64,000 nt of DNA from Octopus vulgaris (GCA_951406725.2 OX597815.1:191890001-191954000), one strand, 5' to 3'. Shown: positions 12,712 to 27,930, counted from the first letter of the stretch. Notes: generated by a model from the letters alone, not told the origin. Numbers and translations: made by a program.

Positions 12712-13104
12712 TCTTTATATATAAAAGTAAGGTTGTGTGTCTGTCTCCTACGATTTAGATTCCTAACTACTCCCACATTTTGCGGTGCAGTTTAACCAAA
12801 ACCGGGTGTCTTATAGTCGTAATTCATATCGAGCCCTTCTGGGTATTAGTGCGCGTCTACGATGTCTACGATTTAAAAATAAATTTACCATCATTTTTTT
12901 CCATTTTAATGCATTTTTTCGCTATTATATAAGGGAAGTAACTCTCTAAAAATGTCTACGATGAGTCAACGATTTAAAACAAACTTTACCATTTTTTTCC
13001 CATTTTTAATGCATTTTTTAGCTATTTTTTGGCTATAACTCTCTAAAAATGCTTATATAGTTATTTCCCTTACAAACCCGAGCAATGCTGGGCGATACTG
13101 CTAG
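12712..13104 (+). mobile_element. Non-autonomous Helitron
   Basis: A|TCTTTATATATAAAAG 5' end; subterminal hairpin CCCGAGCAATGCTGGG; CTAG|T 3' end; no TSD. Confidence 0.8.
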
Positions 13105-13682
13105 TGTAATATAAGATAGTTGTAAAAAAAAAATAAATACAGGATGGTCATATCTGGAAATATAGGCCATGTCAATGAAAGTTGACCTAGAGTTATACAA
13201 CAAGAAGATGAACAACAGCTGTAACAATATTTTCAACATTATCATTTATATTGCTTTCAACTCTGGTTTCAGAGTCATAAGCACTTAACAGATAAATAAA
13301 TAAATAAATAAAGAAAGAAAGAAATAAAGAAATTGAAACAAGGAATTTATGCCAAAGTTGCAAGGTTTTCGAGTGAAATAGTTTTGGTGAGAGTTTGACA
13401 TGCAACTCGCAAATTTGCTATCTTTAATAGGGCTTTTGGCATTGCATCATAGCAACAACAACAACAAAAAAAATTAGCTCTGTCCAGTATCTCTTCTGCT
13501 GTGGTTTAAATTGTAAGGTCAAGTGGTCCTCACTGTAGTTCTGAGAAGTAGTGATTCATCATTGTTGTCAGCTGCTGTTGTTGTTGTTATGTTCGTAAGA
13601 GCAGTGGATTGGCCAAATTTTTAGAGCATTGAGGGTAGTGAGGGTACATAGCTTAGTGGTTTGGGTATTCAGCTCACGGTCA

Positions 13683-13887
13683 TACTCTTTTACTCTTTTA
13701 CCCTTTTACTTGTTTCAGTCATTTGACTGCGGCCATGCTGGAGCACTGCCTTTAGTCGAGCAAATCGACCCCAGGACTTATTCTTTGTAAGCCTAGTACT
13801 TATTCTATCAGTTGCTTTTGCCAAACCACTAAGTTACGGGGATGCAAACACACCAGCATCGGTTGTCAAGCGATGTTCAGGGGACAA

Positions 13888-13936
<49 letters not shown>

Positions 13937-14103
13937 TATATACGACGGGCTTCTTTCAGTTTCCATCTACCAAATCCACTCACAAGGCTTTGGCTGGCCC
14001 GAGGCTATAGTAGAAGACACTTGCCCAAGGTGTCATGCAGTGGGACTGGACCCAGAACCATGTGGCTGGTAAGCAAGCTACTTACCACACAGCCACTCTT
14101 GCG
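13683..14103 (-). mobile_element. SINE A, full length, inserted in a SINE D copy
   Basis: Reverse complement of the 2027 copy; SINE D sequence on both flanks. Confidence 0.85.
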
Positions 14104-14355
14104 TCATAAGGTCATGAGTTTGGTTCCAAGTGGCATGTTGCGTCCTTGGGCAAGAAACTTTATTTCATGTTACTTAAGTCCAGTCAGTTGACAAACATGA
14201 GCTGTACCAGTAATTCAAAGGGCCAGCCTTGTCATATTCTGTGTTACACCAAATCTCCTTGAGAACTACGTTAAGGGTACACATATGTTGAATGCTCTGT
14301 CACTTAGAATTTAATTACAAGAGCAGGCCGTTCCATTGATTGGATCAATTGGAAC

Positions 14356-14778
14356 CAGAGCCAGATTAAGACTCTAAGGCTCTAAGCACTTAAAAGTTTT
14401 GGTGCCACTTAAAAGATTATGTAATTCAAAATTTAAGCAATAACATACCATAAAATAAATCTTTACTTTTCAAAACGAAATAAAACAGTAAGAGGGAAAA
14501 TAATGTTTATTTTTGTATGTTTCCCCTTTATTTATATTAGAAAAGTTTCCTCCTACTTTTTTGAATTGCAAAGTCTTTGGTCAGATCCTCAAAATTAATC
14601 TCAGGTAACACATCTGCATCTATACTTAGCAGAGACAAAGGTATCCCGAATATTATTTTAGCAAGTTTAAAGTAATTTCTTTTGTGCCGTAGACCATTTA
14701 CCATTTCTGTGGTACCCCACTCCTTACCTTGATACCCTAAGCACGTGCTTATCTTGCTTAAGGATTAATCCAGTGCTA
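14356..14778 (-). mobile_element. Internally deleted hAT transposon
   Basis: TIR-like CAGAGCCAGATTAA and TTAATCCAGTGCT; minus strand SLLSIDADVLPEINFEDLTKDFAIQK resembles the hATC dimerisation C-terminus. Confidence 0.65.
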
Positions 14779-15100
14779 ATGAAAATCTGGCTGCTATTTC
14801 TATGAAGTTGCTGTTTTTCTTTAGTCCCAAGTCAACCCTGATTGAGCAGACTAATCAAGCATCCTGTGACAAGCTCCTCTTACATCAAGGGCTACATGAT
14901 TTAACGGAAATTTGACTGTGAACTGATCATGAAATCCTTTCCAGATTTGAACATTCTGTTTATTTATCATGTGCAAGAAACCTAGATTCACATTACTTAT
15001 CATGAACTTGTCTGAAATAGTGGGATGCAATCCGAGGGAGAATTCACTACTGTATGTAGCAGTTTGAGTGACTATGCTATGGCCGGGTCTCTCTTGCCTT

Positions 15101-15516
15101 TGTAGGCAACTGTAGTTAAATCCATGCCCGACCGTGGGGGGTCATCTGGAGTTATCTCCCTTGGTCACATCGTTAACAAGGAGGTGGCGCTTGTGAAAAG
15201 GGGATAAAAAGATGACCAGAGAGAGGAGCAGCCCCTCTTTTTGCTCACCAGGCCGCTTGCTGCTAACTGCTTCGTCTCACTCTCTACTACTAGACCACCC
15301 GCGCCGATTTGAATCGAGTGAAATCCTCTATACCAGTCATGGAAGGCAGCAAGACAAAAACCCTTTTTGTTCAACTTCATTCTGTTCTGTAAAAATGTTA
15401 AATGTTCAAACTGCATACGAATGCTCTCCTCCCGGATCGGAATAAACGTACCATGTTCACGAAGGCCTCAAAAACTCACACGAATCGTTGTTGTCTTTCA
15501 TTGGATCAACTCTTAC
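15101..15516 (+). mobile_element. Possible solo LTR
   Basis: TGT...ACA ends, TATA-like GATAAAAAG, downstream AATAAA, more GC-rich than its flanks; no clean TSD. Confidence 0.4.
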
Positions 15517-16073
15517 ATCTATCAAAGGGTTACCAGATATTTGATCAAAATTAGTGGGCTTTAATCCCACTAATTCTTTTTCTGAACAAGAGACTATATA
15601 ATCTAATGTGTCCCTCTTTATACAAAACAATAAGGTGTGATTCGTAGCAGGTCAGAACACTTGGCTGAGATCTGAGGGAAATTTATTCACTACTTCTTAC
15701 AGATAAAGTGACAGCAGACACATACAGTGTGATTTGAGGGAGAATTAGCTGCTATTTCTAGAAGGTTGAAAGATTGGATAGAAGATCTCTTGTTGACTGT
15801 AATTTACAGTACATTTCATTGAAATGATTTCATGAGTAGATGTAATATGACTACATGATAATACATGTGAGATGCCTCATGTAGCTGCTACATTTGGGTC
15901 AATGGAGGGAATTTAGGGGAAACTGATTAAAACAGAGATAAATTGCTGGATAGATTTCATTACATGCTCATGGATACATACATGCATACATACATACATA
16001 TGTGTGCGTGCGTATGTATGTGTGTGTGTATAAAGTTATATATATATATATATATATAATTTATAGTATAATA

Positions 16074-16120
<47 letters not shown>

Positions 16121-16179
16121 GTATACATATATTTATGTGTAAAGACACACACACACTCACACATATGTATATATATATG

Positions 16180-16233
<54 letters not shown>

Positions 16234-16357
16234 TACATACATACATACATATATATATATATGTATATATATATATACTGGAGTAAGTACATAAATGTGA
16301 AACAAGGTGAAAAAAAAAAGAGTACTCAAATACCAGAGGTTGAATATTTTAACAGAA

Positions 16358-16395
16358 CTGTCCGACGAACTGGAACGTGAAACTCTGAGTAACAG
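16358..16395 (+). ncRNA. Minimal hammerhead-like motif (Penelope type)
   Basis: ctgt-CCGACGA-ac..gt-GAAA-CTCTGA-GTA-acag: helix I ctgt/acag, core CUGANGA with U>C. Confidence 0.5.
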
Positions 16396-17052
16396 CTTTT
16401 GATATATTTCTGCTGCTTTTAAATAAAGTATATATATATAATGGCTACCTCTGATAAGTACCGGGTTTCATAATCTGGCTGTTACCTAACATTCTGTTGA
16501 ACCTCTAGTGTGAAATAAATCGGTAAAATCGGCTGTAATGTTTATATAATACTGTGCACTTCAATTAATATACATACATATTTATATATGATGATGATAT
16601 ATATGTGTGTGAGTGTGTATGTGTATATATATATATATGCACACACGCATACATGCCCTTAGATCTTTTAATGAAACTGAAGTCAAGAGTATGTCTAGCC
16701 ATTTATGTTTCATGTCACTACAATCTTCAGGTGAAAGTTCTCTCTCTCTCTCTCTGTTTCTCTTTCTCTCTCTCTGTCTCTCATATTGAGTACTTTATTC
16801 TAAGTGGCCAGACATAGCTTCTTTTTGAACTTAACACACCTTAGAATATATATCTCTATCTGTCTATCTATCTGTCTGCCTGTCTGTCTGCCTGCCTGAT
16901 TGCCTGCCTGTCTGTCTGTCTGTATTTATGTACAACTGTCTAAGAATTCATAAGTCAGAAAGAATGTGCAGTCATATTTTTATCGATAAAGTGAGTATAG
17001 AAATCAAAGTGTACAGTATTATATATATATACATTATATACATACATATATA

Positions 17053-17440
17053 CAGGAGTGGCTGTGTGGTAAGTAGCTTGCTAACCAACCACATGGTTCC
17101 GGGTTCAGTCCCACTGCGTGGCATCTTGGGCAAGTGTCTTCTACTGCAGCCCCGGGCCGACCAATGCCTTGTGAGTGGATTTGGTAGACAGAAACTGAAA
17201 GAAGCCTGTCGTATATATGTATATATATATATATGTATATGTATGTGTGTCTGTGTTTGTCCCCCTAGCATTGCTTGACAGCCGATGCTGGTGTGTTTAC
17301 GTCCCCGTCACTTAGCGGTTCGGCAAAAGAGACCGATAGAATAAGTACTAGGCTTACAAAGAATAAGTCCCGGGGTCGATTTGCTCGACTAAAGGCGGTG
17401 CTCCAGCATGGCCGCAGTCAAATGACTGAAACAAGTAAAA
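17053..17440 (+). mobile_element. SINE A, full length
   Basis: Near-identical to the 2027 and 58690 copies. Confidence 0.9.
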
Positions 17441-17560
17441 ATGAGAAAAAAAAAAAAGAGAAAGATTATGGGAAAGTTTACGAAAACAAAAGACGAAGGC
17501 AGGTGGAGTTCAAACAAACAAATGTATTAGTATAGCGCTCGGGAATAGAAATAGAAAAAG

Positions 17561-17598
17561 TCTTTTATGTTTCGAGCCGACGCTCTTCGACAAAAAGA
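17561..17598 (-). ncRNA. Degenerate minimal hammerhead-like motif in a Penelope-type terminal fragment
   Basis: Minus strand tcttt-TTGTCGAA-GAGC-gtcg-GCTC-GAAACATA-aaaga; related to 54919. Confidence 0.4.
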
Positions 17599-17845
17599 TA
17601 CACAGAAAAAAACTAGGAGAGAAACAAGGAGAGAAAAAATATATATATATATAGGTATGTTGGAGCAAACAGGGAAAAGAGAACTCTAAATATGAGTATT
17701 TGTATATTTTTTAATAATATTTAGCAAAAGTAAGAAAGTGGTTCAAGAACCGATTTTTTTCATGTGTTGGTACAAGTGCCAGTGTATGAAACTCTCAGTT
17801 CTTGAGTCACTCTGTTGCTATCTGTCTGTCTGTCTGTCTATTTGT

Positions 17846-17880
<35 letters not shown>

Positions 17881-18007
17881 CATGTATGCAAACATACACG
17901 TACAACCCTTACAACAAGTGTTTCCAAAGGAATCTCATATTGTAAGGTTTCAAAATTCCAACTGTGAGGGAATAACAGACTCAAATAACTACATATGTAT
18001 GAGAAAG

Positions 18008-19225
<1,218 letters not shown>

Positions 19226-19540
19226 TTGCCTGCGTTTTCCTCAGTTTCCAGAGTGCATTTCCCAATGGAAAATAAATATTGCTGTGATAGCAGTGCATTA
19301 GTTCTGAGTGTGTGATTGCAGGGAAGGGATAATAATAACAATAATAACAATAATAACAATAATGATGATGATAAGGACATCAACCACAATTACAGCAACA
19401 ACATGAGCAACAACAATAATAAGATTAAGGAAAAAAAGAAACTGGAATCATTTCAACGGCAATGATTTGAAGTTATTACTGCCAGAAACAAACAACTGGT
19501 ACCATTATCATTGTCCCCACCGCCGCTGCTGCTGCTGCTG

Positions 19541-19585
<45 letters not shown>

Positions 19586-19622
19586 ACACCACCACCACCA
19601 CCACTACTACTACTACTACTAA

Positions 19623-19690
<68 letters not shown>

Positions 19691-19727
19691 AAGATGATGA
19701 GTGTTGAATGATGATGATGATGATGGG

Positions 19728-20100
19728 CTCAGAAAATATAAGGATTTGCTCATTGAAATTGAAAAAAAATGTAACATCTCATGGCAAGTATAATACCAGT
19801 AATTATTGGAGCACTAGAGATTGATAGGAAAAAGAGAACTGAAAATTATTTGAGAATGATCCCTGGCTTACCATTTCTGCAAGATGTGCAAAAGATTGTT
19901 TTTAATGGATAAGTTGCATGTGTTGAGAAGAACATTGGCACTGTGAGGATGATTGCCACCCGTGTTAATATTTTTTTTCTTTTTTGCTATATGATTTTAT
20001 GCGATTTTGTAAATGAACAATCTGGTGTGTTTATTTTAGTGCCCTATCAATGTATACAGTGAGTTTCTTTGCTCTAGGTGTTGGGAAGACACTCAGCAGG
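19728..20100 (+). pseudogene. R4/Dong-like (RLE) non-LTR retrotransposon 3' relic
   Basis: LRKYKDLLIEIEK..ASIIPVIIGAL..TENYLRMIPGLPFLQDVQKIV..HVLRRTLAL*, across frameshifts; typical RLE C-terminus. Confidence 0.8.
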
Positions 20101-20129
20101 AAATAGAAATTGAAAGAAGAAAAACTCTT

Positions 20130-20492
20130 CTACTAAAGGTACAAGCCTGAAATTTTGGGGGAAGGGGACAAGTCAATTGCATTAGCCCCAGTACACAACT
20201 GGTACTTAATTTATCGACCCTTGAAAGAATGAAAACTGACCTCGGCAGATTAATAATAATAATAATGATATAAATAATAATAATAACAATAATAATAATA
20301 ATAAGGCACAAGGCCTTAAATTTGGTGGGGAGGGGGCCAGTCAATTAGATTGACCCCAGTACACAATTGGTACTTAATTTATCGACTCCGAAAGGATGAA
20401 AGGCAAAGTCAAACTTGTCGGAATTTGATCTCAGATGAAATACTGCTAAGCATTTCACCTGGCGTGCTAACGATTCTGCCAGCTCACCGCCT
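20130..20492 (-). mobile_element. Two SINE B-related copies in (TAA)n
   Basis: GGTACTTAATTTATCGAC..GAAAGGATGAAAGGC; head CTGCCAGCTCACCGCC. Confidence 0.75.
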
Positions 20493-21488
20493 TCATAATA
20501 ATAGTAATAATAATGATAATAATAATAACAACAATAATAATAATAATAGTAATAATAGTAATAATAGCAATAATAATAATAATTTCTTTTATTAGTCACA
20601 GGGCCATAGATGAGTTTCTTTTCTGATTTATGCATAAGCTCTGGAATTTTGGTAGAGGAACAAGTCAGTTACATCAACCCCAGTACTTAACTGATATTTA
20701 TTTCATTGATCCCCAAAAGATGAAAGCTAAGTCAACCTTGACAAAATTTGCACCTAAAATATTAAGATGGATGAAATGTCACTTAGCATTTCGTCTAGTA
20801 CACTAAAAGTTCACTGTTTATCTCTGTCAGTCAATGGAGTATCATTCCAGATGCTTTAACCATCAACAACCACCACTGATTCTTGTCCTCTGTCACATTG
20901 TAGAAGGGTCACAACATTGAAATATGTCCAGTTCTTTATCCACCAACAGTTGCACCTTAAGGAATGGTTTTGGTTTAGGGGAATCATGGCAAGATATATT
21001 TTGATACAGCTGTTATTTCCTTTCAGAGTATTTTGGTGACTTGCTGTTTATATTGTGCTCTGTTTAGGAGAGACATAGCCATTAGCTGAATCAGTTGTTC
21101 TCGAGCATCTGAATTCTTTGCTCTTTGTTGGTTCTGCGCCTGGACCACAAGATCAAAGTCCGGCAGGGATATTGATCCTGTGGGAGTTTGGTGGGAAAAT
21201 TGGTGCAACGGCTTCTCCATGTGAAATTGAGATCATTATGATATACTACCACCACTACTGCTGCTGCTGCTGCTGTTGTTGTTAAGCAACAAGACGGGTA
21301 AGGGTGATTAGGTGATGGTCTAGGGCTTAGGGGCGGTAGACCCCAGACCCTGGAAGGAAAAAAACTTTAGTCTTGTTGTAGTCGAATGTTCTTTGTTGAC
21401 GCCCGACACCACTGGGAGGTGGCCCGCGAAGTCGCTGGAAATGGAGATCTCCAGGTCCAAATTCTTGAACGGCTGCTGCTGCTGCTGT

Positions 21489-21523
<35 letters not shown>

Positions 21524-21954
21524 TTGGTACTGTCAGCATTGCAGTAACAACAAGAGAACACAGAAATCAAGCATGACAACAAGTACAATAAAACCCAAAC
21601 AAAAAAAAAAAACAGTATCAACAACAACAACAACAATTACAGCAAAAACAATAATGACTGCAGCAGCAGCAACAACAACAATTAATGTAAAAAATGTTAC
21701 AAAACATGAGTAAAAAATGAAAAAAGTAAAAAGATAAAAGAAAAAAGCAGGCAGTGTAAAAAACTGAATGAAGTCTGCAGCTGGCTGTATACATTTTTAG
21801 AAGTCAGTGAAGTGTGTATATTGTGTATATTAAGTGGTAAGACGGAGCAAGGGGTTGGGTTTGAGGGGGGTGGGGTGAAATTATATTGGTTGATGGCAGC
21901 TGAAGGTCTTGCCCTTCATATTCTGTCTTGACACCGTCTAACGTTAATAAATGG

Positions 21955-22580
21955 TGCATCATCATCACCCTCATCATCACCATCATCATCATCATCATCA
22001 CCCTCATCACCTTCATCATTGTTATCGTCATCATCTTCATCATTATCATCATCATCATTATCGTCATCTTCATCATCATCATCATCATCACCCTCATCAT
22101 CTTCATCATCATCAACGTCGTCATCAATATCATGCTGATGATGGCGATGAGGTCTACAACAAGGATGATGATGACAACCACTGCCACCACCACCACCACC
22201 ACCACCATCATTGCTGCTGCTGCGGCCACTGCTGCTACTGCCGCCACCGGCGCCTCCATTGCCGTCGTTGTTGTCATCATTACCGTTATCGTGGTCATTT
22301 ATCATCGTCTTCGTTGTCGTTGTCAACTGTTATCGCCGTCATCCATCATCATTGTCGTAATCTCCGTCATCGTCCTCGTCGTCCAAAACATCCATCATCT
22401 GTCACTGTTGGCATCATCATCATCATCGTCAGTATGATGACATTGATCCCCCCCCAACCTCTTGCAGTACTCCAAATATCAGTTATTATTATTCTGACAT
22501 CATTATTACCACCAGCACCACCACCCACCAGCACCACCACCACTACCACTACTACTTCCATCATCATCATAACCATCATC
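21955..22580. repeat. Degenerate (CAT/CAC/CGT)n low-complexity tract
   Basis: Direct inspection. Confidence 0.9.
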
Positions 22581-22926
22581 AATTTCCTATTTGTATTGAA
22601 ACCAGTAATGCGTTATCCAACTCTTCCTTTTCTTAGACAGTCAGCTATAATTGCAAAGAAATTTGGCTGCTATCTCTAGCGGATTAATTGGTTAAGTAGA
22701 ACAGGCAAGAGCAGCATGTGACACTCAGGACCTTCCTCAATGGTACAACCAAACACTAAATTACCTTGAACCTTTTGGTTGTGTAGCCTGCCTGATGGTG
22801 AGCCCTGTCTCATGTGACCTGCTTCTCGGAAAAGGCTGTTCATGCCTGTTATAGGCCTTAAATGGTCTGCAACAAAGTTAGATGGGGCTTATGGGTATGT
22901 TTTGATTAGTAGTTTTTTTTTTGTCA

Positions 22927-23197
22927 GTTAGTTAGTTAATTTTTTGGCTCAAAAAGCAAAAAGCAAGGCCATGTAGGGGGACATGGAGTTATGTACAGGG
23001 TGGTGTTCATGTAAAGAGTTCAGGCCACTTGTGGTCAAGGGAGACTTTGAACCGAGCGGTCGTCGGCATCTTCATCATCTTGTCCGGCAGCTTATTCCAC
23101 GGATCTGCAACCCAGACGGAGAAAGCTCCTCTCCTTCGATTGAGATGAAATCGTTGCAGATAGAGCTTTTCGGAATGACCCCGCAGCGGTCCTGTTT
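22927..23197 (-). pseudogene. CR1-clade LINE 3' end
   Basis: LRGHSEKLYLQRFHLNRRRGAFSVWVADPWNKLPDK..ARFKVSLDHKWPELFT*, followed by a (TAAC)n tail. Confidence 0.85.
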
Positions 23198-23219
23198 GGA
23201 GAGTAATGACCTCCTTTTG

Positions 23220-23535
23220 TCATGAAGGACCATGGGTTAGCACCTAGAAAGTTCCCCGCTGAGGCACATGTCTGGGTAAGGTTGTTTTGTGAAAGACCAG
23301 CAGACGCCCATGCATACCAGCCCCTCCTCTCCATATACCACCGATGTTATCAAAGGGGAAAGTAAAGACCGATATAGCTTGGCACCAGCGACATCACAGC
23401 TCATTTCTGACTGAACTGGAGCAATGGGAAAGAAAGTGTCTTGCTCAAGAACACAACACACAGCCCAATCCTAGAATTGAACTCACTGCCTTATGATTGT
23501 GGGTCCAACACTTTAACCACTGAGCCATGCAACTT
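23220..23535 (-). mobile_element. tRNA-derived SINE D
   Basis: Head TGGCTCAGTGGTT..GAGTTCAATTC, core GTTCTTGAGCAAGACACTT; paralogue at 27635-27930. Confidence 0.75.
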
Positions 23536-23892
23536 CATGGAGTCAGCCCTTAATTATTATTATTCCCAGGTTTATTCTGACCCAGAACAGTAGTTCCTAT
23601 CAGGGTCCTATCCGTGGCTTAAACATATTCCCCAGGAGTAGAGGATGCTCCTATTACTTTTGATAAAGACATTAGGGAAGGCAGCTCTTCAAGGAGAAAG
23701 ATACCCTGACATAAAACTTGCAGTCAAAACTTTACCTTTCATCCTCCTGTGGTCTGTAAAATGAAATGGTATTGAAGGACTGGGATACTAATATAACAAA
23801 CTTTAACTTCGGCCCCTAAAATTGTAGTTTGTATCTGTGTTAGAAGCAGTTATTATTTCTCAAAGCACATTTTTATTGCAGGGGTATCTTAT

Positions 23893-24310
23893 AATAATAA
23901 TAATAATAATAATGAAATTATCGTATACAGTACTCAGGTGCACCACAACTTGTCAAAAGTGCATATAAAGTATATGCAGTAATGTACAAATGTCTGGAAA
24001 GTGAACAGTGTATGAATCAGATACATGCGTGCGTGTGTATGGAGGGGAGAAAAATCAGGCGTAGTGTTGGCGAATCTCAGGAAGCATGGAAGTTTTGAAG
24101 GATGCAGTGCTCCGACAACTAACAACTGATGCTGGCAGTTTGTTCCATGCTTCAGCAACTCTTAGCCTGAAAAAATGTTTCCGAAAGTCATGGGAGCTGT
24201 GCTGTTTTCTGACTTTGTAAACATGTCCGCGGGTGTTAGACAGGTGGAGTTTGAAAAGGTGCTCAGAGTTATTGGTTGTAAGATGGTTAGCATGATGGTT
24301 AGTATTTTGT
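23893..24310 (-). pseudogene. CR1/L2-clade LINE 3' end
   Basis: ORF SNTRGHVYKVRKQH..RKHFFRLRVAEAWNKLPASVV..ASFK, then a 3' UTR and (ATT)n tail. Confidence 0.85.
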
Positions 24311-24744
24311 GAGATAGAAATGTATAATTTCATAAGAAACATTTTAAATGACATATTCAAGATCTGACAAAATCAACCCAATCAGTAGCTACATTCCTCA
24401 CACAAAATATGAGACCTTGTGCTTATGTTAGAATATTTTATTGGTTTAATGGCTGTGTCCCCCACTCACTGCATTCCTCTCCTTTTTATCTCCTAATTTC
24501 CTTTGACACCCTTATGAACTTATCTGCCCGATTCTTTGTAACACTTATATGCAACTCCAGGTACCTTGGGGTTACTCCCTGACCACATCTTTGCCACTCT
24601 CTCTCTCTCTCCTTTTTCATCATCATTGTTATAATCTTCACCACTTCACCATCGTCACTGTTGTCCAAAACATCCATCATCTGTCATCGTTGACATGGTG
24701 ATGATGATGATGATCATCATCATCATCGTCGTCATCATCATCAC

Positions 24745-25105
24745 AATCTTTTTTCTCCACTTCCTCTTCTGCTTCCTCCTCTTCCCCACCTCTTGCAAAA
24801 CTCTAAATATCAGTTATTATTACTTTGACATCATCATCATCATTGTCATCATCATCATCGTCATCATCTTCATTCTCCACCTCCTCTTCAGCTTCACCCT
24901 CCCCCTACCTCTTGTTATACTCTAAATATCAGTTATTATTACTTTGACATCATCATCATCATCGTCGTTGTCGTCGTCGTTATCATCATCACCATTATCA
25001 TCATCATCCTCATCATAATCTTCTTTCTCCACCTCCTCTTCTGCTTCACCCTCCCCCTACCTCTTGTACTCTAAATATCTGTTATTATTCTGACATCATC
25101 ATCAC
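24745..25105. repeat. Three-copy tandem repeat with variable (CAT)n
   Basis: CTCTAAATATC.GTTATTATT..TGACATCATC repeated three times; related to 22380-22510. Confidence 0.75.
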
Positions 25106-26189
25106 CACAGCAGGTGTTACCATGAAATCTTTTCCACAGCAAGGCACCTGTTTTCTGTCTCCCTGTCATCCTCTAATCTCTTGTCAACAGGCACAAGGTC
25201 ATCTCCCTCAATACTACTCCCATTCTCAGTCGAGGGATCTTCATTTTACAAGTTACTCGGCGACCCCACTGGTGCTGGTGCCACATATAAAGTATCCAGT
25301 CCCCTCTGTAAAGTGGTTGGCATCAGGAAGGGCATCCAGCCATGAAAACCATGCCAAAGCAAATAACTGGAGCTTGGCACAGTCCTCTGGCTTACCAGCT
25401 CCTTTCATAATGTCCAACCCATACCAGCATGGCAAACGGATGTTAAATGATGATAGTGACGATGATGATGACGATGATTGTGTTATTGAACTCAAATTCA
25501 GTTTTTATTGAGTATGACAGAGTTTGCATTACTTGATTATACTCGTCTTCTATATTAAATTACATTATAACATGGATCGTCTTTCATAGTCAGTGATCAT
25601 TTTACTACTTTCCGCTGCATATAAATTAGGAAGACAAAAAAAATTCATTGAGAAGTTGTTATCTTATTATCTGTCAACAAAATATAAATAAGCTAAAAGA
25701 TTAAAAATACTTAAAATACGGATAATGAAAAATAATGCAAAACTCTTTCTAAACTTGCCATTAAGAGCATTAAATAGTTGTGCTTTAGGTAAATAAAGAA
25801 ATATGACTATCTGTTTTGTGTGGTGTTGCAGTGAAAATACATGTGTGTGTGTATATATATATATATACATACATACATATATATATATACTTATATACAT
25901 ATAAATATACATGGGTGTCGTTTATAGATTTCAGAATGAAAGATTTATTACATTTGCGTATGCACAACAAATGCATGCTTGCAGACACTCACACACGTAC
26001 GTGTGCATATACATACCCACACACACATAGACACCACACATGCATGCATAAACACATACTCACTTTTCCTACACACACTCACACCTTTACATACATTCAG
26101 ACGCCCCACATGAATGCAATCATATACAGGTGAATGTGTATGTGGACAAGTATGTATGCATATGTATGTGCATGTGTGTGTGTGTGTGC

Positions 26190-26231
<42 letters not shown>

Positions 26232-26592
26232 GTACCTATGTCCATCTATCAGCACACGCATACTCAAAGAGAGAGAGAGAGGGAGAGACAGGTAAATAGA
26301 CAGACAGGTAGATGTACATAACTATAGATGTATATATTATATGTGTGTATATATTATAAATGTATTTATTTATATAAATTACAAGATTTTATGATGTTTC
26401 AAATGCAATTATGTAATCTTGATGATAATTTGCCAAAGCACAGATATGTCTTATAAAGCATTGAAAACCATAACTGGATTCTGTATTTTTGAATATATAT
26501 ATATATATATACACACACATATATATATATAAATATTCATATATATATATATATACACATATACACATTCATATACTTATATATATATATTC

Positions 26593-26632
<40 letters not shown>

Positions 26633-26794
26633 TATTATTATTATCATTAGATGACAACTCATATGGTATACACCTGGTAGCTTACCGGTAACACTCGTTC
26701 ATTTTCACAGTGTTCAATGTGTATTTGATTAATGAGAGATGGAAGATACAAGAATGTTCATTAATCACTGCAGTTGTTAAGCCATTTAAGTATC

Positions 26795-26841
26795 CCACCT
26801 ATGAGGGATCGATACTTGATGAGTCGAAACAATTGTAGTGG
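26795..26841 (+). ncRNA. Degenerate minimal hammerhead-like motif
   Basis: ccac-CT(-)ATGA-g..c-GAAA-CAATT-GTA-gtgg; palindromic helix III ACAATTGT; one core G missing. Confidence 0.45.
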
Positions 26842-26904
26842 TTAATAAACATTCTTGTATCTTCCATCTTCCAACTCCCTCGTTAACCAAATATATCATC
26901 ATCA

Positions 26905-27250
26905 TAATCATCATCATCATCGTTTAACGTCCATTTTCCGCTCTAGCATGGGTTGGACGGTTCGACCGGGGTCTGGGAAGCCAGGGCCTGCACCAGGCTC
27001 CAGTCTGATCTGGCAGTGTTTCTACAGCTGGATGCCCTTCCTAACGCCAACCACTCTGCGAGTGTAGTGGGTGCTTTTTACGTGCCACCTGCACAGGTGC
27101 CAGGGGGGTCTGGCATCGGCCACGTTCGGATGGTGCTTTTTATGTGCCACCGGCACAGAAGCCAGTCGAGGCGGCGCTGGCATCGGCCACGTTCAGATGA
27201 TGCTTTTTATGTGCCACCGACACAGAAGCCAGTCGAGGCTGCGCTGGCAT
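26905..27250 (-). mobile_element. SINE C with internal ~60-bp tandem repeats
   Basis: Repeated GTGCTTTTTA.GTGCCACC.GCAC.GAAGCCAGTCGAGGC units. Confidence 0.85.
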
Positions 27251-27259
27251 ATATATATA

Positions 27260-27539
27260 CTGTTGTGTCTGGGGAGAGTCATTTTCTTTTTGTGCCTTAT
27301 TATGTAACACACCCACCGGTAAAATTTCCACTTTTTTCTTATTTTTATTTTCCTAAAACTTTCGTTGCATCTTGCTATCTTTTCAATAGTCTTGAGTCAA
27401 GAGTCAAGACTATTGAAAAGGTTGCAAGAAGCAACAAAAATTTTAGGAAAATCGAAATAAGAAAAAAGTGGAAATTTTACCGGTGAGTGTGTTACATTAT
27501 AAGGCACAAAAAGAAAATGACTCTCCCCAGACACAACAG
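27260..27539. repeat. 280-bp palindromic (foldback) element
   Basis: CTGTTGTGTCTGGGGAGAGTCATTTTC... and ...GAAAATGACTCTCCCCAGACACAACAG; centre at about 27398. Confidence 0.9.
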
Positions 27540-27634
27540 AATATGCTTCAACACACGAACTCATAAAGAATCTTGCAAACCAAATCTAAAAACGAAATAT
27601 ATATATATACATACATACATAAAGAGTAAAGAAA

Positions 27635-27930
27635 CCCTTCAGTCATGAATGACCATGAGATTGCAGCTAGAAAGTCCCCCTCTGAGGCACAAGTCCAGGC
27701 AAGGTTGTTTTATGAAAGACCAGCAGTCACCCATGCATACCAGCCCCCACTCCCCATGACACCAATGTTATCCAAAGGAAAGGCAAAGGGGCCAATATAG
27801 CTTGGCACCAGGGACATTGCAACTCATTTCTACAGCTGCATAAACTGGAGCAACATGAAATAAAGTGTCTTGCTCAAGAACACAACACACAGCACAGTTC
27901 AGGAATCGAACTCACAACCCCACAGTTGTA
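27635..27930 (-). mobile_element. SINE D
   Basis: Collinear with 23220-23535. Confidence 0.75.

Noticed and set aside
20815-21230. Complex sequence that might be a LINE endonuclease relic or an exon
   Set aside because: Only a vague FNVVTLL similarity, with multiple stops and no splice-site pair.
21804-22679. His-rich and Asp-rich ORFs suggesting a biomineralisation or metal-binding protein
   Set aside because: A trinucleotide tract open in most frames on both strands, with no splice signals or unique domain.
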